Positions 11,030-20,314 of a DNA stretch of 32,000 nucleotides are shown here, one piece after another. This DNA is from Synechococcus sp. A15-28. GTDB lineage: Bacteria; Cyanobacteriota; Cyanobacteriia; PCC-6307; Cyanobiaceae. The notes under the pieces were generated by a model. That model was not told where the DNA came from. It did no database searches and worked only from the letters and a program-made list of their open reading frames with translations. Numbering within the stretch: the stretch's first letter is position 1; each line of letters begins with the position of its first letter. Position numbers and translations under genes: made by a program. The DNA lies in NCBI RefSeq assembly GCF_014280175.1, contig NZ_CP047931.1, positions 1 through 32,000 on the forward strand, written 5' to 3'.

Positions 11030-11764
11030 TTGGTCCAGACCAACCCCAGGCCTGATCTGCCGTTGTCCTCCAGGCTTCGGCAGGATCTCAAAAATGATCT
11101 GATCGCTGGACTGCTGGTGGTCATTCCACTGGCGACCACCATCTGGCTTTCCACGGTGGTCAGTCGCTTTGTGCTGGCGTTTCTGACGTCTGTTCCAAAG
11201 CAGCTCAATCCATTCATCACCCTTAATCCTCTGCTTCAGGATCTGATCAACCTGGCGCTCGGTCTCACCGTTCCCCTGATGGGGATCCTGCTGATCGGAC
11301 TGATGGCCAGGAACATTGTCGGCCGCTGGCTGCTGGAGTTCGGTGAGGGCACCCTCAGCCGTATTCCTTTCGCTGGTTCGGTTTACAAAACGCTCAAGCA
11401 GCTGTTGGAAACGTTTTTGAGGGATAACTCAACGCGTTTTCGGCGGGTTGTTCTGGTCGAATATCCCCGCGAAGGATTGTTCAGTGTCGGCTTTGTCACG
11501 GGAGAGGTTGGACCCTCCTTGCGTTCGGATCTCGATCAACCGCTCTTGAGTGTGTTCATTCCGACGGCTCCCAACCCCACGACGGGTTGGTACACCCTTG
11601 TGCCAGAAGCAGGTGTTCGTGAGCTGAACATCAGCGTTGAAGAGGCGTTCCGCACCATCATTTCCGCCGGCATCGTCAATCCCGATGATCGTGAAGCACC
11701 GGTGAATCGCAGTTTCTCCAGCCTGATTGCCCAGTTGCGGGCATCGGCCTCCCCCTCCAGTTGA
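11030..11764 (+). CDS. DUF502 family membrane protein
   Basis: 244-aa ORF; LKNDLIAGLLVVIPLATTIWLSTVV, GLGLTVP-like LGLTVPLMGILLIGL, IPFAGSVYKTLKQLLETF, VGFVTGE; typical DUF502 motifs. Confidence 0.85.
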   Translation: MVQTNPRPDLPLSSRLRQDLKNDLIAGLLVVIPLATTIWLSTVVSRFVLAFLTSVPKQLNPFITLNPLLQDLINLALGLTVPLMGILLIGLMARNIVGRWLLEFGEGTLSRIPFAGSVYKTLKQLLETFLRDNSTRFRRVVLVEYPREGLFSVGFVTGEVGPSLRSDLDQPLLSVFIPTAPNPTTGWYTLVPEAGVRELNISVEEAFRTIISAGIVNPDDREAPVNRSFSSLIAQLRASASPSS

Positions 11765-11767
11765 TCT

Positions 11768-12403
11768 ATGGCCACCCGATCTCTTGCCCGTGAGCTGGCC
11801 TTGCTTGTGCTCGGTCAGGTTTCTGATCAAAAACCCATTGCGATGGCCGATCTGGCCATGGATTCAGTGCTGGAAAAGGCGCTGGAAAGCCTCATGCAGC
11901 ACTGGCGCGAATCGCTGGACTCCAGTGCTTCCGAGCTGGAGCAGGCTCAGCAGACACTTTTGGATAGTGAACTCAAGGGTGATGCCTCCGCAGGGATGCC
12001 CACGAGTCGGGATCATCTGCGCAGCTGTTTGACCATGGCGGAGCAGGTGCTCAATGGTTTGTCCGCCAGCCTTGAACTGCCTCGCTTGCTGATGCTGGGG
12101 GATCAGGAGCAGATTCGCCATGGTGCGATGGAGCGCGTTTCATGCGTTCTGGACAAGCGCGATCGCATTGATGCCGAGCTCGATTTAGTGATGGAGGGAT
12201 GGCGGCTCAGCCGGCTTCCGCGTCTCGATCGCGACATCCTGCGGTTGGCGGTTGTTGATCTTCGCGATCTGGGCACACCGGCACCTGTTGCCTTCAGTGA
12301 AGCTGTTGAGCTCGCCAATCGCTACAGCGATGAACAGGGTCGCCGGATGATCAACGGTGTCCTGAGACGGTTCCACGATGCAGCGTCCAAGGCGGTGGGC
12401 TGA
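11768..12403 (+). CDS. nusB: Transcription antitermination factor NusB
   Basis: MATRSLARELALLVLGQVSD N-terminus; C-terminal DILRLAVVDLRDLGTPAPVAFSEAVELANRYSDEQGRRMINGVLRRF. Confidence 0.92.
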   Translation: MATRSLARELALLVLGQVSDQKPIAMADLAMDSVLEKALESLMQHWRESLDSSASELEQAQQTLLDSELKGDASAGMPTSRDHLRSCLTMAEQVLNGLSASLELPRLLMLGDQEQIRHGAMERVSCVLDKRDRIDAELDLVMEGWRLSRLPRLDRDILRLAVVDLRDLGTPAPVAFSEAVELANRYSDEQGRRMINGVLRRFHDAASKAVG

Positions 12404-13836
12404 TGGTTTACGACTGGTTCAACCGCGGTGGTGTCGAACAGCCGGGACCAACACCGGCTCCTGAATCCACACCGGAACCGACGACCGAACCGGTCGCGGC
12501 ATCACCCGAAGACGATGCCTTGGCGTGGGCCCGTGAGGCCTATGCCCGCCTTAAGGCGCAACAGGCCCAGGCTGCTGAGACTCAGCCATCCCCGACTCCT
12601 CCTCCGACATCACCCCCCCCTCCGACACCTGCACCGGAGCCAACGCCAACTCCAACGCCAACTCCAACTCAGGGTCTGTCCCTGCTTGAACAGGCTGCTG
12701 CTCAGCGGCAGCAACGGCAGCAGGATCTTGACGCCAGAGCTCTGGAGCCTGAGCCGACACCAACACCAACACCAATTTCACCGCCGGTTCAAACCGCTGA
12801 GGTTTCCGACGAACCCTCCCTCGGTGACTTCGATGAGGATTTCACCTGGTCAGCGGAGGTGCTCGCCGCGCAGGGACGGCGTGTGGATGACATCTCGTTG
12901 GAGGAGATCGATTGGCTGGGTCGACTCCGCCGTGGCCTTGAAAAAACGCGACAGGGATTCGTCAGCGGTCTGCTGGAGAACCTGGGTGACGATCCCCTCA
13001 CGCCGGAGGTCCTCGATGATCTGGAAACACTGCTCCTCCGCGCCGATGCCGGGGTTCAGGCAACGGATCAGTTGCTTGATGCCCTGCGTCAGCGCATGAA
13101 CGTGGAGGTGGTGGATCCTGCTGAGGGCATCCGCTTCCTCAAGGAACAGCTTCGCGGTTTGCTGGATGCACCGATTGCCGCCAGTGGCGCTCAACTGCTC
13201 GCCCCTGAACGGGATCGCCTCAACATCTGGTTGATGGTTGGTGTGAATGGGGTGGGCAAGACCACGACCCTTGGCAAGTTGGCCAACCTTGCGGTGCGAA
13301 GTGGTTACTCGGCCTTGATCGCTGCAGCGGACACCTTTCGCGCTGCCGCGGTTCAGCAGGTTCAGGTCTGGGGTGAGCGCAGTGATGTGCCAGTGGTCTC
13401 CAATCCCAGCAACAACGCGGATCCCGCAGCTGTGGTGTTCGATGCCATTGGTTCTGCCCGGTCGCGGGGAACCGACCTACTGCTCGTGGATACAGCCGGG
13501 CGCTTGCAGACCAAGCACAACCTTATGGAGGAGCTGCAGAAGGTCCGCAAGATCATTGACCGCCTGGCGCCGGAGGCCAAGGTGGAATCGCTCCTGATTC
13601 TGGATGCCAGTCAGGGGCAGAACGGACTGCGACAGGCGATGGCTTTTGCTGAAGCCGCAGGGTTGACAGGGGTTGTGATCACCAAGCTCGATGGCACAGC
13701 CCGAGGTGGTGTTGCCCTTGCTGTGTCGTCAGAAGCCGGTTTACCAATTCGCTTCATCGGGGCTGGTGAAGGAATCCGCGATCTCCGACCCTTCAACAGC
13801 TACGAATTCGTTGAAGCTTTGCTGGCCGGACGCTGA
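12403..13836 (+). CDS. ftsY: Signal recognition particle receptor FtsY
   Basis: GVNGVGKTTTLGKLA, AADTFRAAAVQQVQVWGER, DTAGRLQTKHNLMEEL, TKLDGTARGG; Pro/Thr-rich N-terminal linker; ATG overlaps nusB stop. Confidence 0.96.
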   Translation: MVYDWFNRGGVEQPGPTPAPESTPEPTTEPVAASPEDDALAWAREAYARLKAQQAQAAETQPSPTPPPTSPPPPTPAPEPTPTPTPTPTQGLSLLEQAAAQRQQRQQDLDARALEPEPTPTPTPISPPVQTAEVSDEPSLGDFDEDFTWSAEVLAAQGRRVDDISLEEIDWLGRLRRGLEKTRQGFVSGLLENLGDDPLTPEVLDDLETLLLRADAGVQATDQLLDALRQRMNVEVVDPAEGIRFLKEQLRGLLDAPIAASGAQLLAPERDRLNIWLMVGVNGVGKTTTLGKLANLAVRSGYSALIAAADTFRAAAVQQVQVWGERSDVPVVSNPSNNADPAAVVFDAIGSARSRGTDLLLVDTAGRLQTKHNLMEELQKVRKIIDRLAPEAKVESLLILDASQGQNGLRQAMAFAEAAGLTGVVITKLDGTARGGVALAVSSEAGLPIRFIGAGEGIRDLRPFNSYEFVEALLAGR

Positions 13837-13873
13837 GGCGTTGCTACGTTTCGGCTCCTGAGGGGGCTGAGCC

Positions 13874-15295
13874 GTGAGCAGCAAGCCGCCTCGCCGGCAT
13901 TCCACTCCACCCCTGCGCGGTGTCACACCAGCCCCGCAGGCGATGGCGTCGCTGCGGCAGCTGTTCGACAGCTTGAGTCATGAGCAGCGGCGTAATCAGG
14001 ATCTTCTGGTGTCGCTGGGATTTGCTCAGCGCAGCTTCACCAACCTGAACCGTTTTCTGGAGTTGGTGCCCGTCGTGGCAGCCCGTCTCGTGGGAGTGCA
14101 AGGGGCGATTCTTGTGCCCTTCCAGACCGACGGTCGACTCTGGAGGGAGCAGTTGCAGGCGGTTCCCGCAGAGAGAAGTCAGGATTTACTGGGGCGTCTG
14201 GCGGCTTTCAAGCCAGGTCATGGTGCTGGTTTCGGTACCGATGACGATCAGCTGCTGTTGATGGATCGCTTGGTGCAGCAGCAGTGTCCGGGGGCAGGCA
14301 TCTTTGCCACTTCGGTGGTGGCACGGGGACGCTCTCGAGGGCGTTTGTACGTGTTTGAACCGTCGGGAGACCTCGTCTGGACCGATGTCCATCGCCGTCA
14401 TGTTCAGTTGGTGGCGGATCTGGTCGGTGTCGCGATTGAAAACGACCAGTTGCTCCAGGAGGCCCGCCGTCATGAACGGGTGGATCGTCAACTCAGCATC
14501 GGCGCGGAGATCCAGGCACAACTGCTGCCGGATCATTGCCCGGTGATTGAGGGAGTCGAACTGGCGGCACGCTGCCGACCTGCTTTTCAGGTTGGCGGTG
14601 ATTACTACGACTTCATTCCGACCCGTCCGGAACTCTCGGGCCGCCGTCGGGAACGGGGCCGTTGGGCCCTGGTGATGGGTGATGTGATGGGAAAGGGTGT
14701 GCCGGCTGGCCTGTTGATGACCATGCTGCGAGGCATGCTTCGGGCCGAGGTGCTCAGCGGACTGCCACCGGATCGAATCCTGCACGACCTGAACCAACTG
14801 GCTCAGGAGGATCTGGCCCAGTCCCACCGTTTCGTGACGCTGTTTTATTCGGATTTCGATCCCCGCAGCCGCCGCTTGCGTTACGCCAACGCAGCCCATA
14901 ACCCACCTCTGCTGTGGCGCGCCGAACGTCGGAGCATCAGTCGTTTGGATGCCGCAGGGTTGTTGATCGGTCTCCAACCCGAAGCGGACTACGGCCTCGG
15001 CGAGGTCCGCCTCGATCCAGGCGACGTTCTGCTTTACTACACCGACGGCGTCACCGAGGCTCCCGGCCTGACGGGCGACCGATTTGATGAAGCTCGTCTG
15101 ATCCGCACACTCGATGGTGCCTGCCGCAGTTGTCAGGGAGCCCAGGGGGTTTTGGACCATCTGTTTGATCGACTCGATCGTTTCGTCGGGGCGGATCACC
15201 ACTTGGAAGACGATGCCTCGATGGTGGTCCTCAAAGTTCCTGAGGCTGTCAGCCTGCCGAGTGTGTCGCCGTCCATCAGCCGCCTGACAAGCTGA
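13874..15295 (+). CDS. PP2C/SpoIIE-type (RsbU-like) protein phosphatase with GAF-like N-terminal domain
   Basis: 473-aa ORF; [78 protein letters not shown]. Confidence 0.88.
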   Translation: MSSKPPRRHSTPPLRGVTPAPQAMASLRQLFDSLSHEQRRNQDLLVSLGFAQRSFTNLNRFLELVPVVAARLVGVQGAILVPFQTDGRLWREQLQAVPAERSQDLLGRLAAFKPGHGAGFGTDDDQLLLMDRLVQQQCPGAGIFATSVVARGRSRGRLYVFEPSGDLVWTDVHRRHVQLVADLVGVAIENDQLLQEARRHERVDRQLSIGAEIQAQLLPDHCPVIEGVELAARCRPAFQVGGDYYDFIPTRPELSGRRRERGRWALVMGDVMGKGVPAGLLMTMLRGMLRAEVLSGLPPDRILHDLNQLAQEDLAQSHRFVTLFYSDFDPRSRRLRYANAAHNPPLLWRAERRSISRLDAAGLLIGLQPEADYGLGEVRLDPGDVLLYYTDGVTEAPGLTGDRFDEARLIRTLDGACRSCQGAQGVLDHLFDRLDRFVGADHHLEDDASMVVLKVPEAVSLPSVSPSISRLTS

Positions 15296-15300
15296 GGAGA

Positions 15301-16731
15301 TTGGCAGGGCAATCCATGGCGGGTGTGACCGGTGGCGCCGCGGGCGCATGGAGTGATCGTTTTGAACAGGGACTTCATCCCTTCATCGAGGCGTTCAACG
15401 CATCCATCGGCTTTGATCTGACGTTGCTTCAGGAGGACCTGGACGGCTCCATTGCCCATGCCCGGATGCTGGCGAGCTGTGGGGTGATCGCTGAGGAGGA
15501 AGCTGTTCAGTTGGTGGAGGGTCTGGAAACCATCCGCTTGGAGGCAGCCGAGGGGCGCTTCAACCCAGGTCTGGCGGATGAAGATGTTCATTTCGCTGTG
15601 GAGCGGCGGCTGATCGCCTTGGTGGGGTCTGTTGGGAAAAAGCTCCACACAGGCCGCAGTCGCAATGATCAGGTGGGCACGGACCTTCGCCTCTGGTTGC
15701 GGCGACGGCTCGATGAGATCGATCACGATCTGCAGCGGCTTCAGAGGGCTCTGCTGGATCAGGCGGATCGCCACAAGGCCACTATGATTCCCGGTTACAC
15801 GCACCTGCAGCGCGCCCAGCCCCTGTGTCTGGCGCACCATCTGCTTGCCTACATCGAGATGCTGCAGCGGGATCGTGAGCGACTTCAAGACGTCCGCGGT
15901 CGCGTCAACATCTGTCCCCTCGGGGCTGCAGCTCTGGCAGGGACGCCCGTGCCGATCGATCGGCGCCGGACTGCGAACGACTTGGGTTTTGACGCGATTT
16001 ATGCCAACAGCCTCGACGCCGTCAGCGATCGGGATTTCTGCGTCGAATTTTCAACAGCAGCATCCCTGGTGATGGCCCATCTCAGCCGTCTTGCTGAGGA
16101 GGTGATCGCCTGGGCTTCGGAGGAATTCGGGTTTGTTCGGTTGAGTGATCGCTGTGCCACGGGCAGCAGCCTGATGCCGCAGAAGAAGAACCCCGATGTG
16201 CCGGAGTTGGTGCGGGGGAAATGCGGCCGCGTCTTTGGCCATGTGCAGGGACTGCTGACGATGATCAAAGGCCTTCCTTTGGCCTACAACAAGGATTTTC
16301 AGGAAGACAAGGAAGCACTGTTTGATGCCTATCGGACCACCCGAGACTGTGTTGAGGCGATGGCAATTTTGTTCGAGGAGGGGTTGGAGTTCCGCATCGA
16401 CCGTCTCAATCAGGCGGTGGAAAGTGATTTTTCCAATGCCACAGATGTGGCGGATTACCTGGTGGCTCGGGGTGTTCCCTTTCGCGAGGCTTATCAACTG
16501 GTTGGGGCTGTTGTGCGGCGCTGCCTCGATCGCGGTTGTCTGCTGCGGGAACTCAGCCTGGAGGAATGGAAGGACTTGCACCCTGCCTTCGAAGCCGATT
16601 TGCATGATGCACTCGCCCCCCGTGCGGTGGTGTCAGCCCGTCGCAGTGAAGGTGGAACAGGATTCGATCGCGTTCAAAAGCAGATCAAGCTCTGGCAAGA
16701 ACGCCTGAAAGATTCTGCAGTTGGTGGATGA
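15301..16731 (+). CDS. argH: Argininosuccinate lyase
   Basis: [53 protein letters not shown]; ORF start TTG 15301, possible ATG 15316. Confidence 0.97.
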   Translation: MAGQSMAGVTGGAAGAWSDRFEQGLHPFIEAFNASIGFDLTLLQEDLDGSIAHARMLASCGVIAEEEAVQLVEGLETIRLEAAEGRFNPGLADEDVHFAVERRLIALVGSVGKKLHTGRSRNDQVGTDLRLWLRRRLDEIDHDLQRLQRALLDQADRHKATMIPGYTHLQRAQPLCLAHHLLAYIEMLQRDRERLQDVRGRVNICPLGAAALAGTPVPIDRRRTANDLGFDAIYANSLDAVSDRDFCVEFSTAASLVMAHLSRLAEEVIAWASEEFGFVRLSDRCATGSSLMPQKKNPDVPELVRGKCGRVFGHVQGLLTMIKGLPLAYNKDFQEDKEALFDAYRTTRDCVEAMAILFEEGLEFRIDRLNQAVESDFSNATDVADYLVARGVPFREAYQLVGAVVRRCLDRGCLLRELSLEEWKDLHPAFEADLHDALAPRAVVSARRSEGGTGFDRVQKQIKLWQERLKDSAVGG

Positions 16732-16856
16732 CTGCACTGCTCTACCGGGACTACGATTGACAAGTCAGCGGGTAGTCATGTCTTGTTCAAGTCATGCTCC
16801 GCTGGTGATGGCACAAGCCACTTCGGTTCTTTTCTCGTACCCGGTCCACTCAGAAC

Positions 16857-17519
16857 GTGAGCATTTTTGTCGGCAACCTTCCCTTCCGCGCTGAGCAGGA
16901 GGATGTCATTGAACTGTTTGCCCAGTTCGGCGAAGTCGCGAACTGTGCCCTTCCCCTGGAGCGGGACACCGGTCGAAAGCGTGGTTTTGCCTTTGTCGAG
17001 ATGGCTGATGAAGCCGTTGAAGACGCCGCGATTGAAGGGCTTCAGGGTGCTGAGCTGATGGGTCGCCCTCTTCGCATCAACAAAGCTGAGCCCCGCGGCA
17101 GCGCACCTCGTCGTGGTGGCGGTGGTTATGGCGGCGGCGGTGGTGGCGGTGGTGGCTACCGCGGCGGTGGTGGAGATGGTGGTTACGGCGGTGGCGGCGG
17201 TGGTGGCTACCGCGGCGGCGGTGGAGATGGTGGTTACGGCGGTGGCGGCGGCGGTGGCTACCGCGGTGGCGGTGGAGATGGTGGTTACGGCGGTGGCGGC
17301 GGCGGTGGCTACCGCGGTGGCGGTGGTTACGGCGGTGGTGGAGATGCCGGCGAACGGCGTTCCGGTGCCCGTGGCTGGGAAGACCGCAGCTATGGCGCCC
17401 GCGACAACGCTGGTGAAGCTGGTGGTGGAGATGACGACGGTCGCAGCCGTCGCCGTCGTGGCTCCTCCACCGGTGGTGGTGGCGACGATTATTCCGGATA
17501 TGGAGGTGCTGAGGGCTGA
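16857..17519 (+). CDS. RRM-domain glycine-rich RNA-binding protein
   Basis: GTG start; RNP2 IFVGNLPF, RNP1 KRGFAFVEM, followed by GGYGGGG/YRGGGGDGG repeats. Confidence 0.92.
   Translation: MSIFVGNLPFRAEQEDVIELFAQFGEVANCALPLERDTGRKRGFAFVEMADEAVEDAAIEGLQGAELMGRPLRINKAEPRGSAPRRGGGGYGGGGGGGGGYRGGGGDGGYGGGGGGGYRGGGGDGGYGGGGGGGYRGGGGDGGYGGGGGGGYRGGGGYGGGGDAGERRSGARGWEDRSYGARDNAGEAGGGDDDGRSRRRRGSSTGGGGDDYSGYGGAEG
17157..17309 (+). repeat. In-frame 51-nt tandem repeat (3 units, degenerate extensions)
   Basis: TAC of the YRGGGGDGGYGGGGGGG unit recurs at 17157, 17208, 17259, 17310, exactly 51 nt apart, with identical encoded 17-aa units. Confidence 0.92.
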
Positions 17520-17524
17520 GGCCC

Positions 17525-18517
17525 TCAGAGGCCGGCGTCACGCAATTGCCGTCCGGCCTCTTCCAGAACCGTGAGATCAGCTCCGGGCCGTTGAGCGCGT
17601 TCCCCCAGCTCTCGGCGCCAATGTCTGGCTCCCCTGACCCCTTCCACCAGTTGCACCAGGTGGCGACAGAGATCCCAGAGTCGACCGCCTCGGCTGAGGT
17701 GGGCGTAGGCATGGGGGATGAGGCCAGACACCACATCGGAGGCCAGGACCTTTCGGGCTGGTTCGCCGAAGACAAGGTTGTCCATCGATGCCCATCGCAG
17801 GGGGTGGGCATAGGCCGCCCGTCCCACCATGGCGCCATCACAGTGCGCGAGTGCTTGCAGACAATCGTCGGGTGACTCCAATCCGCCGTTCAGTTCGATG
17901 GTGAGGTGGGGCCGTCTCCGTTTCAGAGCCTGCACACGGTCGTGCTGCAGCGGGGGGATTGTCCGGTTCTGCTTCGGGTCCAGACCGTCCAGCCAGGCCT
18001 TGCGGGCATGCACCGAAAAACGGCTTGCCCCTGCCATCGCCACCCGGTCGACGAAGTCGGTCAGACGCTCATCGCTGTCAAGATCATCGATTCCGATGCG
18101 GTGTTTGACCGTCACCGGCAGTGAACTGGCCTTCGCCATGGCTTCAACACAGCGAGCCACCAGGTCCGGCTCCGCCATCAGACAGGCTCCGAAGTTGCCG
18201 GCTTGCACCTTCTGACTGGGGCAGCCCACGTTGAGGTTGATCTCGTCGTAGTTCCAGTCGCTGGCGAGCCGTGCGGCATCAGCCAGGAGCGCTGGGTCGT
18301 CTCCCCCCACCTGCAGAGCGATTGGATGCTCGACAGGGTCAAAATCCAGCAGCCTGTCGCGGCGGTTGGTGTGATGCAGAGCCTGCGCCACCACCATCTC
18401 GGAGTAGAGAAGGGCATGGCGGCTGATCTGTCGCATCAGCACGCGAAAATGACGGTCCGTGCAATCCAGCATCGGTGCCACGCTGAAGCGGTAGGCAGCG
18501 GTTTCGGCGGCGGTCAT
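17525..18517 (-). CDS. dusA: tRNA-dihydrouridine synthase (DusA-like)
   Basis: VAPMLDCTDRHFRVLMRQISRHALLYSEMVVAQAL, NLNVGCPSQKVQAGNFGACLM, VTVKHRIGID, MVGRAAY; ORF opens at 18559, ATG at 18517 more likely. Confidence 0.9.
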   Translation of the reverse strand: MTAAETAAYRFSVAPMLDCTDRHFRVLMRQISRHALLYSEMVVAQALHHTNRRDRLLDFDPVEHPIALQVGGDDPALLADAARLASDWNYDEINLNVGCPSQKVQAGNFGACLMAEPDLVARCVEAMAKASSLPVTVKHRIGIDDLDSDERLTDFVDRVAMAGASRFSVHARKAWLDGLDPKQNRTIPPLQHDRVQALKRRRPHLTIELNGGLESPDDCLQALAHCDGAMVGRAAYAHPLRWASMDNLVFGEPARKVLASDVVSGLIPHAYAHLSRGGRLWDLCRHLVQLVEGVRGARHWRRELGERAQRPGADLTVLEEAGRQLRDAGL

Positions 18518-18558
18518 GAATCCATTAGAACCTTCTGAGACGACTGTTTGAGGTGGCA

Positions 18559-19071
18559 ATGGCGCTCAACGCTGTGTTTCTGTCCCGTCGTTCCCTATTG
18601 TTGGGTTCCATCGCCGGTGCCTTCGGCAGCAGCTGGTGGCCGCGGCCGGTGCTGGCGGCATCAAAAGCAACTGATGCAAGCTGGGATCTCAGTGCAGAGC
18701 AGTGGCGTCAGCGCTTGTCACCCGAGGCCTACGACGTGCTGCGCAATGAGGGCACCGAGCGGCCGTTCACCAGTCCATTGAATGATGAGAAGCGCAGTGG
18801 CACGTTCCACTGCGCCGGTTGCGATCAGCCGTTGTTCTCCTCGGAGGCGAAGTTCGACAGCGGCACCGGTTGGCCGAGCTTCTGGCAGCCGTTGCAGGGT
18901 GGCATCGCGACGAAAGTAGATTTCAAATTGATCATTCCCCGTACGGAATACCACTGCAGCCGCTGCGGTGGGCATCAGGGCCACGTGTTCAATGACGGAC
19001 CCCGACCGACGGGCAAGCGCTACTGCAACAACGGCGTCGCCCTTGTCTTCCGACCCGCAGACTCAGTTTGA
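18559..19071 (+). CDS. msrB: Peptide-methionine (R)-S-oxide reductase with N-terminal export-like leader
   Basis: GTFHCAGCDQPLFSSEAKFDSGTGWPSFWQPL, EYHCSRCGGHQGHVFNDGPRPTGKRYCNNGVAL; leader SRRSLLLGSIAGAFGSSWWPRPVLAASK; in-frame GTG alternative at 18553. Confidence 0.93.
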   Translation: MALNAVFLSRRSLLLGSIAGAFGSSWWPRPVLAASKATDASWDLSAEQWRQRLSPEAYDVLRNEGTERPFTSPLNDEKRSGTFHCAGCDQPLFSSEAKFDSGTGWPSFWQPLQGGIATKVDFKLIIPRTEYHCSRCGGHQGHVFNDGPRPTGKRYCNNGVALVFRPADSV

Positions 19072-20314
19072 TTTTCTCGTCGTCGGTGGTGGTGCTGCCG
19101 GCTTCATGGCGGCGATCACAGCCGCCGAACAGGGGCTACAGCGAGTCCTGGTGCTGGAAGCCACGCCGGAGCCCCTGTCCAAGGTTCGATTGAGTGGAGG
19201 CGGTCGCTGCAACGTGACCCATGCCTGTTGGGATCCAACCGAGCTGGTGGGTCACTACCCCAGGGGTCAGCGGCCCCTGCGGGGGCCATTCAGTCGTTTT
19301 GCCAGTGGTGATGCCGTTGCATGGTTCGCTGATCGCGGCCTGGATCTGGTGGAGGAGGACGACGGCCGCATGTTTCCTCAGGCCAATCGCTCGTCCGCAG
19401 TGGTGAATTGCCTGCGGCAGGCCGCGAAACGGTCCGGGGTTCAGCTGATCACAGGTTCTGCGGTTCAAGCCGTGGCCGGCGACATCAGCGGTGGGTTCGT
19501 GGCCTCCTGTCGCGGTGGTGGCAGGTTTCATGCAAAGCGCGTGCTGTTGGCTACGGGAGGACACCCCAGTGGACGACGGTTGGCGGGCCAGCTGGGCCAT
19601 CGGTTGATCCCCCCGGTGCCTTCCCTGTTTTCATTGACGTTGGATGCTCCCCAGTTGCTGGGTTGCGCCGGCATCGCCCTCGATGATGTGGCGCTCACGC
19701 TCGAGGTGGGAGACGAGCGCTTCCACCAGGTCGGTCGGGTGCTGATCACCCACTGGGGTCTCAGTGGACCGGCGACGTTGCGGCTTACGGCCTTCGCCGC
19801 CAGGGCCCTTCAGGCATCGCGTTACCGCGCGACGTTGAGTGTGAGCTGGTGCGCTGGTTGGTCCCAGGGGGATCTCCTGGCTGCGTTGCGGAACCAGCGA
19901 ACCCAGGCTGCTCGTCGCACCCTCGTTGCTTCACGACCATTGGCCGCTCATCTGCCACGACGACTTTGGATCTCGATGTTGGAGGAGGTTGGTGTCGCTG
20001 CTGATCAGCGCTGGGCGGACTGTCCAGCGAAGTTGGAGAGGGGGCTCTTCGATCGGTTGCAGCAATGTCGTTATCCCGTGAAGGGTCGCGGACCATTTGG
20101 GGAGGAATTCGTGACCGCTGGTGGCGTGGATCTGGGTGAAATCAACCTGGCCACCATGGAGAGCCGCTGCTGCCCCGGTTTGCATCTGGCGGGTGAGTTG
20201 ATGGATGTGGATGGGGTCACAGGCGGCTTCAACTTTCAGCACTGCTGGACCAGTGGTTGGCTCGCCGGCCAGTCCGTTGCCGAGCAGCTCACTGGATCTG
20301 ATCGAACACTGTGA
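18992..20314 (+). CDS. HI0933-family NAD(P)/FAD-dependent oxidoreductase
   Basis: FDFLVVGGGAAGFMAAITAAEQG, KVRLSGGGRCNVTHACWDPTE, AGGVDLGEINLATMESRCCPGLHLAGELMDVDGVTGGFNFQHCWTSGWLAG; start uncertain (ORF opens GTG 18968; ATG 18992; TTG 19043). Confidence 0.88.
   Translation: MTDPDRRASATATTASPLSSDPQTQFDFLVVGGGAAGFMAAITAAEQGLQRVLVLEATPEPLSKVRLSGGGRCNVTHACWDPTELVGHYPRGQRPLRGPFSRFASGDAVAWFADRGLDLVEEDDGRMFPQANRSSAVVNCLRQAAKRSGVQLITGSAVQAVAGDISGGFVASCRGGGRFHAKRVLLATGGHPSGRRLAGQLGHRLIPPVPSLFSLTLDAPQLLGCAGIALDDVALTLEVGDERFHQVGRVLITHWGLSGPATLRLTAFAARALQASRYRATLSVSWCAGWSQGDLLAALRNQRTQAARRTLVASRPLAAHLPRRLWISMLEEVGVAADQRWADCPAKLERGLFDRLQQCRYPVKGRGPFGEEFVTAGGVDLGEINLATMESRCCPGLHLAGELMDVDGVTGGFNFQHCWTSGWLAGQSVAEQLTGSDRTL

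Noticed and set aside
14186-15349. 387-aa minus-strand ORF opposite the PP2C phosphatase gene
   Set aside because: Composition typical of antisense readthrough in GC-rich DNA; the plus strand encodes clear PP2C/RsbU motifs.
15301-16731. Possible functional link between the PP2C phosphatase and argH because of 5-nt spacing
   Set aside because: Close spacing is general in this compact genome and by itself does not support a shared function.
17077-17841. 254-aa minus-strand ORF with striking His/Arg repeats (HRHRGSHRRRHRRNHHLH...)
   Set aside because: It is the antisense shadow of the Gly-rich repeat (GGC/GGT read in reverse as GCC/ACC in another frame); the opposite strand has a clear RRM protein with RNP motifs.
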